Shown here: piece after piece, positions 37,510-49,500 of the stretch
How the letters are laid out: each line of letters opens with the position of its first letter
How positions within the stretch are numbered: position 1 is the stretch's first letter
From: Octopus sinensis
Lineage: Eukaryota
Length of the DNA stretch: 64,000 nucleotides
Assembly (NCBI RefSeq): GCF_006345805.1
Contig: NC_043014.1
Span: 15,872,001-15,936,000 of the forward strand
Direction of reading: 5' to 3'
Translations under genes and position numbers: made by a program
The notes under the pieces: model-generated
Told to the model about the DNA's origin: nothing
The model's database searches: none
The model's input: only the letters and a program-made list of their open reading frames with translations

Positions 37510-40500
37510 CGAAGCAGATGTGTGGCTGTATGGATACATAGTTTGCTAGTAACCATTTGATTTCACATTGTATCCCACTGCCTGGCACTTTGAGTCTTCT
37601 ATAATCTCAAACTGATGAATGCTTTATAAGTGAAATTGGTAAATGAGATGGAAACTAGTTGTTTGTTTGTGAGTGTGTAGATAGATAAATATGTGAAAGT
37701 ACATGGCCTAGCAGTTAAGCAATTGCACTTACAATTGAGACTGTAAGTTCAATTCCAAGACTGGCTGCATGTTGTGACTTTGTGCAAAACACTTCACTTT
37801 ACATTGCTCCAGTCCACTTAACTGTAAATGAATGACCCTGCAATGAACCAGAGGGAATGCTGGCCTGCTCGCCTGGCCAGCAGGGTGGTATCATTCAAAA
37901 GTTAAAATGATGCAAAGCGCATTGAGACCAATGATATATAACAACATCCGATAGTCTGATCAATCATGCGATATATAAATATATACATATGTAAGTGATG
38001 GTTGTAAATGAACATCAGCATCATATAAGCGAGCAGTTCATCATCATCATCCTCATCATCGTTTAGCGTCCGCTTTCCATGCTGGCATGGCTTGGACGGT
38101 TCTACTGGGGTCTGTGAAGCCAGAAGGCTTCATCAGGCCCAGTCAAATCTGGCAGTGTTTCTACGGCTGGATGCCCTTCCTAATGCCAACCACTCCGTGA
38201 GTGTAGTGGGTGCTTTTTACGTGCCACCTGCACAGGTGCCAGACAGAGCTGGCAAACGGCCACGAACGGATGGTGCTTTTTATGTGCCACCGGCACGGGG
38301 GACAGGCGAGGCTGGCAACAGACACGAACGGATGATGCTTTTTACGTGCCACCGGCACGAGGCCAGTCGGGGCGGCGCTGGTAACGGTCGCGAAACGGAA
38401 GGTTCTCTTACATGCCACCGGCACTGGTAACACATCTGCAATTTCCATTGATCGATTTCGATCTTCAGTGAAAAACATGTCTGGCACACAGGAAAATATC
38501 ACTTTACTCAGAAACAGTGGGGGTTGGTAACAAGAAGGGCACCGACTGTAAAAAATCTGCCTCTTCTTAACCCATGCAATCATGGAAAAATGGACTTTAA
38601 AACAATGATTATGATGAAATCATGGTCTGATGGAATGGTAACTTCTCACAGATTGCAACATGCCCACAAAATTTGAGAATATTTAATTTCCTTACAATTA
38701 AATACCCTGTGGCATACTGAACTGAATATTCTAACAAGAGACACATCAAACTACAGTAGATATAAACTCACAAACCTCACCATAAACCTTTGTCAGTCAA
38801 GAGGTCAAAAAAGTTAAGAACCTCCTTGTTAATATTCTGTAAAGGGAAAATGTCTAAATAAATGTAAACCAAGTTGGGGTTTTAAATTTACCTGTTGCAG
38901 TTACCTTCACCATTTACTTGCTGTTCTTGAATGCCATTGGAAAGATTATATGATAAATGGAGGGCGTTGAGAGCAGATGCTTCAAGGACAGCAGTATCTA
39001 ACCAACCCTGTAACACAAAGCAGAGAAATAATCAAGTAAAACAATTAAGTACAAGATTGTTAAGAGAAGGAAAAATAATTATTATAGAATATCAATATAT
39101 TTCATCAATTATCAGACTATCTGTAACATTTTTATCCAGCAGTATACATATTTACAATATTTATCTTTTACTTTTTTACTTGTTTCAGTCATTAGACTGT
39201 GGCTATGCTGGGGCACTGCTTTGAAGAATTATTTTTAGTCAAATGAATCAACTCCAATTCGTTTTTGTAAAGCCTGGTATTTATTTTATCAATCCTTTTT
39301 GCTGAACTGCTAAATTACAGGGACATAAACACACATTGTTTGTTTTTTGCTTTTTTTGCTGAACAGCTGTTATGAGCTGAAACACACACACAGATAGTGG
39401 GCTTCTGCACAGTTTCCTCCATCAAATTCATTCCCAAGGCATTGGTTGGCATGGAGTTATAGTAGGAAACACTAATCTAAGGTACTGTGTATTGGGACTG
39501 AACCCACTGAACCCCATGGCCGTGCAGTAAACTTCTTGACCTCAAAGTTTTACAATTTATTAAGACCTTTTTTTTTTCAGACACAGATATCTAAAAATAA
39601 TCCAAGGATAAATTTAGCTTCAACTTTCTATTTACTTTATATCTTTAGAATTTTCTTTGATCCACAGAAGCAATGAAAGACACTTGCAGCATTACTGCAA
39701 GTGACCAAGAGAACAAGATACAGCGATGTGCCCTCGTGAGCCTCACCTTAGGCTTTTGTCAGTCTAGAGGTCAAAGACGTTAAGAACTTCATTGTTAGCA
39801 AACCAGCTTTTTCAAAAGTCTTGTATGCTATGGGCTGGAATTGTGAAATTCCTTCAATTGGCAATATTTCCATGACTTATTCCATTCAAACACAAATGTA
39901 ATAGCATTTATTAAATAATTATTGAGATGGACTTGTTTAGTAAGTGAATTCACCTGAGTTGATGAATGTCAACTAAAATAACTGCACTGTGATGTCATGA
40001 TACATGGATGGATATAGGATTTAGAAGTTTAACAGATAATCAAGAAGATATCTAAAGGATTTTCAATTTTCAGAATTAAAATATACAAATTCAGTCCAGA
40101 ATGAAATCTAAAAAAAAACATAAATTGTACTCACCTTACAAAGAGTACACTTGGACCGTACTTCATTATTTCGTTGTACATCTAATTTTTCACTTGTCCT
40201 GAAGAGTAATAGAATGTAAAACAATTTTTACACAGGAAAAATACAACAGATTTATACATAAGAGTATTAATTTTCTGTTTTATTTTATTTTAAAATGGTA
40301 CAACACCTGAGATCTTTGAAGAAGCAAGAAATGAGAGCTTGGATATAAAATATAGATATGATATTATTTCTTTTTACTGATATGTTGAAAAAATGACTGT
40401 GTGATATTTATGCTTATCTAAAATACATAAACAGTTCAATTGAAGTTAAATTGTTTGAAGTAGGATTCAAAACTGGGTTCACCATTTTTATAAAATGAAA

Positions 40501-43500
40501 ATATTAACCCTTTTGTTACCATATTTCTGTTGAGATGCTCTGTGATTCTTTCAATTAATTTTAAATATAACAAAGAATTTAGTAAAATAACTTAGTTATC
40601 ATTAAACTAGTGTTAGGAACATAAATTGTGACTAAGGTTTGGTGGAAGATTTTGATTCAGAACTTTTGAAAACAAGACATTTGTACTACAGAGCCAGAGG
40701 CGGTTTCATGCGGGTTGGTATCAAAAGGGTTAAAATCTATTTTTGTGATAACATTTCAGATGTTACAACCTCTATCATAAAAGTTGAATAAACTGGACTT
40801 CAGTCAAACTTTCCATGTCAAGTTAAATCATCTGATCTAAGCCAGGTAGAAATCATTGATTTAGACCTCAGTCTTTCATAAGCCCTAGGACTCAACAAGC
40901 CAGAGTCTAATCCAGTTTTCATAGTGACTGAGATTACAACATTAGGCTGCCAGTCTGTTGCAGGTTTAACTTCCCACCTAATGCTGGAAATCATTCACAA
41001 CAGAGATGACTGGAGCAACATGAAATGAAGTGCTTTTCTCAAGAATACAATGCACTGCTCAGGCCCAGAACTGAAACCACAATTTTATGATTGTGAGTGC
41101 AATACACCTAACCATTAAGGTCATGTATCTTCACAGAAATCATTGAGTGCTGGACTAAATCCTTTAGTGTATTTAATTATTGCTGCCCCTCTCCTGGATT
41201 AAAATCCATTCAGATCAATTTTGCCTTTCATCTCTCTAGGGTCAATGACTACCATAACCAGTAATAGACTAAGTAATAGTCAAGTAGACAACCCTTTAGC
41301 ATTCAGATTTCTCAGTCAAATGCAATGCTTATTTATTCACATTATTTTGAATTAATCATGCACTATTTCATAGCTTTGAGATTTCCATGATGTGATTATT
41401 TTTAGAAGGACATTGTAGAGTAGGTGTGAGAGGTTGGATCTGGCTGTTTAAACATAAAACAGGTAGACTATTTGGGTCTGATACGGCTGGTTTGAATGCC
41501 CTAGGGTTAATGATGCTTTCTAACATGAACTTAATGACTTAAATACTTTTATGACTTTTTATAGTCTACCTGTATTATTATGTTCAAAGTAACTGGATCA
41601 GTCTTCTCACACCTACCCTACAATGTCCTTCTAAAAATTAAACAACCACATCATTGGAATCCCAAAGCTACAATGATTAATTCAAAATAATACATTTGAC
41701 AGAGAAATTTGGATGCTTAAAAGGTTAATCTTATGAGTAGTATGATAGTAATATTCTCATAAGTTTAAAGACGACTTTTCCATGCTGATATTAATAAAAC
41801 AGGTCTACAAGACATTTTTATGCAGCACCAACACTTCAAGATAGTGGAAATTGTTAATTTAATCTCCAAATATCATTTTAGTGCCAAGTCTAATAATACA
41901 GTACTTGACTGAAACATTAGTGTCTTTAGTTTTAAAGCTGAACTTACCGAGTAATGTTGCAGACTGTTGATGGATATTCAACATGGAGTTCGGTGACAAA
42001 CTTTTCTGTCAGCCGTTCAATACTTGCATTACAAGAACCCTAAGTTGCAAAATTAAAAAGAGAGTTTGAGCCTAGTATCAGTACTGATGGAAATAAAACT
42101 AATTTTTTGGAAAGAAAAAACAAAACAAAGCATTTCAGTAAATTAATAATTAATGGCCATATATATGTCTAAGTTTTAATTTACTTAATATGAATTGTCC
42201 TAGATTCATTAGAAGCTATAAATAATAAGATTTTATCTTTTCAAAAATATAATCATAAATATAATAGGCACAGGCATGGCTGTGTGATTCTTGGGCAAGT
42301 GTTTTCTACTATAGCTCTGGGCCAACCGAAGCCTTGTGAGAGGATTTGTTACACAGAAACTGAAAGAGTCCTGAGTGTGTGTGTGTGTTACTGTCTCCTT
42401 GCCTTGACATCATGTGATAGTTGTAGATTAGTGTCATCATCACAAGCAGTGTTCTTCATTTCTAATCTTCCATGAAAAACATGTCTGGTCATGGGGAAAT
42501 ATTATGATCTCTCTTGGTAATTCAGCACCTATCAATAAGTATGGTTATCTTCCTCATCTTAGGCATGTCCTGTCATGAATGCAAGAACACAAATGTTACT
42601 CTATCTATCAGCATACATTCCTTTTATTCTATCTCCCTGGCAGTCACAAACATGAAACTACTATCATACAGAATGGACTGAAGATTTAAAAACAAGCTAT
42701 GTACACACAAACAACTTGACAGCAGTATATATCTTATTCACTGTAAAACTTGCATTATAATTAAAATATCATCTTCAACATTGTAACAACATAATAATTG
42801 ATATATAATAAATGGCCATTTTGATAATCAATTAATGCTTATCTTTAACCATTTCTCTAATGCTTCTTCACATTAAATTCTATCATTGCAGATTATTGGA
42901 TAGATATGTAACAGGCTTCCTTTAGTTTCCGTCTAGCAAATCCACTCACAAAGCTTTGATTGGCCTAGGGTTATAGTAGAAGACATTTGCTTAAGGTTCC
43001 ATACAGTGGGACTGAACGTGGAACTATATCTTGTTGTTGTTGTAGTTGTTGTTGTTCATATCAAGTTTGACCATGCTTCTGTTGGTGACAGTGACAAAAC
43101 TAAGATGTATTTTAATCTTGGGGCATTGCTATAGTCAAAACAAAACTTTACATGGTTAATCTACTCAGAACAAATATGAAAGGTTAAAAAAAAATTTTTT
43201 TAAGTGTCAAACCTACCATAGTGGTCAAGGAATAGCATACAACAGGTGTAATGTTATTGGTGTTGTTATACATGGCCACCTCTTTACTGGTCAAGTTTCT
43301 ATACGAAAAGAAAGAATATATATATATATATATACATATGTGTGTGTGTATATTCCCGGTTCTATGTAAAAAGCACCAGTGACGGTGTCACATAAAAAGA
43401 ACCAGTGATGGTGCCACGCAAAAAACACTCTGTACACTCTGTAAAGCGGTTGGTGTTAGGAAAGGCATCCAGTGATAGAACCAAGCCAAAACAGACTAGT

Positions 43501-46500
43501 GAATCTGGTGCAGCCCCTCGCCTTGCTAGCTCATGTCAAATCATTCAATCTATGGCAGCATGGAAAACAGACATTAAATGATGATGATGATATATATAGG
43601 GAAAGAATTCACAAAAATTAAAAGACGAAGACAGATGGTGTAGACAACAACCAGATGTATTAGTTTAACACCCAGGAAGTGAAAAAGTCTTTAATATTTT
43701 GAGCCTACGCTCTTCCACAGAAAGGAACACAGAAAGAAACAAGGAGAGAAAATAAAGAATGTGTAGTGGCTAGCAATCTATCATGGTGAATGCCAGACAG
43801 AGGGGTCACACAAGAGAGCTAGGAAGAAGGGGAGATATTAATAGTTTCATACTGTAGAGATATAATAGTTTGGCAGATTTATATAACATGTCATGTATCT
43901 TCAAGCAATCTTTCAGGCTCAGTTCATACCGTTAGGCACATGACATATTATATAAATCTGCCAAATTATTGTATCTCTAAATCATGAAACTATTAATAGC
44001 ACTTTTTTAAAATTCTTTGAATATCAAATGATATTTCTCTCTCACTGGATGGATTACTTTTTGGTTGATCCTACCTATAACAGAATAATAGTAAGATATA
44101 CATAAATATTTATGAGCAGAATTTAGGCTAGCTGAAATATGTTTGTCCCATATCTCAGCTACTAAAGGCAAATGCACTGCAGTTACCATGGAGAAAAAAA
44201 TCTCTCTTATGGTAAAAAGGTATGAAAACACCCAGTTTGTTCAGTGTTGCCAGTGGGGTACGAGGTAATCTGGCCATGTGGAAACAGGTGAGGGTTAGCA
44301 ATAAGTAGGGCATCCAGTTATAGAAAATCTGCCAATAGTTGTTGTAGACAAACAACGGCAGTAATTTTATTCAGCTGAATACACCTCATTGATTGGTTGA
44401 AATTACCAAAATACTACAACTTTAATGTGAAATAACTTCCTAAATATAAGCTTTTCTCAAAAACGCTAAGAGTAAAAGATGTTCTGTATGACACATTCTA
44501 CCAGTGTCCGAAGTTTCAAAGTGTTTAGTTACAAAAAATTATTTTCTAAATCTGCCGGTCAAAAAAGGTAAAGATCCAAACAATCAATACAAATTAAGAT
44601 TCCACCTCTTTAGAACCAGTAAATATTTCAGCACTAATCAATTGCGGGCTCTCTACAAAGCTCATATATGACCCATGTTAGAGTACGGCTTACATCTATG
44701 GGGCAGTACTGCTGCTACACACACACAGCTGCTTGACAATGATTTACTCACCAACAAACAGCTACCATGATTTCTAAAGTTACTTGAGTATTTTTTAGTC
44801 TGCCTGCTTCTATCTCTATTACAACAGCTTTAGTTATTCTGGACCTATGATCTACACTAGTGGTTCTCAACTAGGGTCCATATGATCCCTGGAGATCCAT
44901 ATAAGATTTTTGTGGGGTTCACATAAGCAAAATAGTAAAATGGGTCCACAGTATTATTTTAAGGGTCAATGAAAAAATGATGCATTTATTGCAAGAAACA
45001 ACTAAGTTTCTTTCTTTAATGTTTTACATAGTTCAAACTACAGAAGTAAATTGAGATGAACAAAATAGTAATTTTGAAAGAAGTGCCTCTAAAATTAATT
45101 TTTAAACATCAAATGCCTATGCGAGTCCACCAGAATAAAACAGCAAGCAAAGGAGCCCATAGATGAAAAATGGTTGAGAAACACTGATCTACACTGACCA
45201 GCTGGACCCTCAGTGTAAAGAACATGGTAAGCAGGGTCTAACTCAGAAATTGAGCAAATTGTCCAAACATGGTTTTAAATGTGCATCATCATCATCATAC
45301 ATTTCCAGTCTTCTGTGAAAAACATTTTCTGGTCATGTGGAAACAGAGGAGGGTTAGCAACAAGTAGGGCATCCAGCTATAGAGAATTTGCCTTAACAAA
45401 TTCTGTCTGACCCATGCAAGCATAGAAAAGTGGATTTTAAATGATGATGATTTTTTTTGGTTTTTTCAAAACATTATTTGAAAGTTGTGTTCAAGTACTG
45501 GGCCACTAGCAATGTGGGCACAAATTCAAATTTCCCTTGAGACACTGTGTTGTGGTCTTCAGCATGACACATAATTATGTCTTGTAAGTGGAAAATAGGC
45601 AGAGTTGTCAGAGCATCAGGTGATATACTTTGTGGCATTAATTCTAACCTTTTGTAAATGATCTACTTGAGTAACATCCCTTTAGCATTTCAGCCAGCCA
45701 TGTCTAACCCAAATACTCCACCTGTTTTTCAATCAAACTGGCCAGATTCAGTCTCTCACACTTACCCTACATTGTCATCCTAAAAATATACAACCACATC
45801 TTCAAAATCTCAAAGCTATGAGATAATGCATGATTAATTCAAAATAACGTGAATAAATAAGCATTACATTTGACAGAGTAATCTGAATGTTAAAGGGTTA
45901 ATTTGTGGCCCAGTTTAACACACACCTAGTCCTTGGGTGATTTTAGCCTGTTCACACTGTGGTGTGCACCCGGGTACCTCTTCAGTTTAAGGACACTGCT
46001 TCCCAGATGCCTCAGGGTATATCACTCTTTGCTACCGACTAAAGGATAAGAGGAAAAACCTCTTCTGATTGAAAAGAAAAAAAGTGGGGGTTCATTGCTA
46101 CTTTATAGTTGAATGGTTAGTAGAAGGAAGGGCATTCAAGCCACCAGCTGTGAAATACAGAACTGAAATTTAATCCACACAAGCATGGAAAACTGGAACA
46201 TAAAAACCAACTTACTTCAATGGCCGGACTGTCAGAATGTCATCATTTCTGTCATCAGAAAACCCCTGGAAAAAGAAAGAGGGAGCAACATTTACAATAT
46301 TTTCTTTTTTTAATTCAATACTTATGAAAAAAATTAAAAAGCACTAACAGATTCACAGAGGAATGGGAAACAAGGCCTGTGATATTCATATCTTTGTTTT
46401 TGAATGGGATTAGCAGTGAAGTGCATGGCAACGGGAATTGAAGTTAAGTGTACACTTGATTAACTGAAAGCTAGATACGATTACTACCACCACCATCGCC

Positions 46501-49500
46501 ATCACTAAAAACAACAACAACAATAATAATAATGGTTTCAAATTTCAGCACAAGGCCAGAAGGTTTGGGGGAGAAGCTAAGTCAATTAAATCAACTCCAG
46601 TGTTCAACTGGTACTTATTTTATCAACCCCAAAAGGATGAAAGGCAAAGTCGACCCTGGTGGAATGATAATAATACCAACACCCATTGTCTATGCTGGCA
46701 TGGGTTGGATGGTATAACCAGAGCTGGCAAGCCAGGGAGCTGCACCAGACCCCAGTTCAATTTGGCATGGTTTCTACAGCTGGATGCTTTTCCTAATGCC
46801 AACCACTTTACAAAATGTGTCAGGTGCTTTTATGTTGCACTGCATAGGCGCTTTTACATGATGCTGCAAGGGTTGCTTTTTATGTGGTGCCACATGAGCA
46901 CTTTTATGTGGAAACACACGGGTGTTTTTACGTGGAACTGCCATAAGTGCTTTTTACGTGGCACCAGTCCAGGATTCGTGCAGGTCAGTCCTCACCACCA
47001 GGGGTACTGGTCTTAACACTTTTGCTGCAGAGTACGGGTCTTCTTGAGTACAGCAAGGTGCCAGGCATCTTGGTTTTCTTTGTCATCCTGCCTGAAAGGT
47101 TCAGTATTCTGAGGTGAACATTCAGCATCTTGAGTGAAGAATGACCTCACTTTTAATACTATTAAAAGATATCCTTCATGTATTGAGATATGAGAGAAGT
47201 TAGAAAAATACATCAAATATTGTTGCATATATATATATAGCTTTATGTTAATCCTGTCTCTGTGGAAACAAGGATCTGACATAAACAAGTACATTCAGTT
47301 TTACAAAAAAAAAAAGAAAAACATGGCTATTGTTAATTTGTAAGATCAAACAATATAAATTAGGGTTATTATATTTCTGTCTCAAGAGACAACATTGTTT
47401 TGTGCGATTGTTCAGTGAGAATTTGAGCTGTAGCCCAACATGGGACAACCACCTCACAGGATGCTGACCCCCACTTTTCACAGTGGCACTGAAGTAACTT
47501 CTACATGATGTATGGAGATCCTGAGTTTACCCAGGTGCTAGAACCCATCTCCTCTTGGCCTCATTGATGTGGTTCAATGGAGACAGAACTCTGGTTTGGC
47601 TGCAGAAGTTGTAGAGAAATTGCTGAGCCATTCTAGAAGTTTCACTTCAGATTTATTGTAAGATATACTTCCTAGCCTTTATCTCACAAAACAGTGAGAC
47701 TATTTACCAATATCTAGAGATCTCTAACTTAGGACAAAGGCCCATACTAGCTACAGTCAGCTGAAGTCAGTTGAACTTGCGATGTGGCTCGTTGTTAGTC
47801 ACTCTGAAGTTATGATTAAGGTCGCTATCCAATCCTTAAATGGATTAAACATATTTAATGTTTAGTATTGACTACACAGAAGTGCTGATCACTTAAAGTG
47901 GATGGAATTTGTGGAAGTAGGAGACCCAGGAATACATGGGACAAAATATTGAAGGCTGATCTCAAGACACTGAGCCCTACAAAGGAGATGACTAAGGACT
48001 GAGATATCTGGCACCTTGCTGTACTCAAGAAGACCCATCCACTGCAGCAAAATTAATACCAGTGCTGGTGCCACATAAAAAGCACTGGTGTTGGTGTCAC
48101 ATAAAAAGCACCCAGTATATTTTGTATAGTGGTTGGTGTTAGGGAAAGCATCCAGCCATGGAAACCATGCCAGAATAGACAATGAAGCCTGGTGTGGCCC
48201 CCGTGCCTTACCAGCTCCTGTCAAACCATCCAGCCTATGGCAGTACAGAAAACAGACATTAAATGATGATGATGATGATATTGTCACAGTTTACTAATTT
48301 GAAATTATTATGTTAGCAGAGGACTGCAGAATACAGATCACCAGGATTTCTTCTCAATATAATATTGCATCTCCTGCTTCTAAGTACATATCTGAGTAAG
48401 ATTCCATAGAGATAAAGTAAGAAAACTCACCACATTGAGGGAAATATGAGCACCTCTTCCTTGAGCTATGTCAGCTAACATCAGAATAGCAAGACGGTTT
48501 TCACCAGTTCCTACCATTATCATTTTGTTTCCAGTCAGCCTAGCAATTCTGTCTAACAAATCATTACTGGAGAGAAAAATAATAATAATAATAATGAACA
48601 TTCATGAAGTAAAATATAGGAAATAAATTTTATATCATTATTTCCTCCATAAGAAATATAGCCAAGTAATTCATGTACATGAATTCACAGAAAAGAAAAG
48701 TGTTAACTAACCAATCAATGATAAAATGATTTTACAGTTAAATTAAGGTAAATTTCAGTGACTAAATACCCCTAAACAACGTACAATGTTGTATCATTTA
48801 AGACATTTTAATCCAGTGATTACTACCTTCAGAGGTTATTAAATTACTATTCAACTAATAAAATTCTAATTTTATTCATTTCTTTTAGCAATTCTCTGAG
48901 GACAAATTATAGAAAGAGGTCATCTAAACTCTCAGTCATTTTCTAAAACACTGCTCCACCATCAAGCCATATTGTTCTCTCTATCTCTTTTACTACTGAT
49001 TATAAATGACACTCCATTGATTACAACAAGAGTTCCAGTTGGTCCACTCAATGGAACAGCCTGCTCATGAAATTAACATGCAAGTGGCTGAGCACTCAAC
49101 AGATACATATAAACTTGGTGTAGTTCTCAGGGAGATTCTGTGAGATACGGAATGTGACAAGGCTGGCCCTTTGAAATAAATGTACAACTCATTTCTGTCA
49201 GCTGAGTGGACAAGACTGGAGCAACATGAAATAAAGTGTCTTGCTTGAGGACACAACATACCGCGGGATATCGAACCCACTGTCATGAGCCAAATGCCCT
49301 AACCACTAAAGCTACACACTGCTGACTATACACCACCACCAATACTAGCACCGAAATATACTGGATACACCCACCTCTGCTTTAATCTATCCTGCTGCAT
49401 CCACAACTAAACACTTTTCACAAATTTAGCTCCTGAACTACAATCCTCTGCAATTCACTTTCTACTTCTTCCGTTCTCTTCCAGCCTTAAATTATTGAAA

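Noticed and set aside
46820-46975. Six ~24-nt spaced GCTTTTTAYGTGG motifs with variable spacers, superficially CRISPR-like
   Set aside because: They are the degenerate subrepeats of the RTE-tail family seen at 5.9-6.1, 36.4-36.7 and 38.2-38.4 kb. The context is eukaryotic and there are no cas genes.
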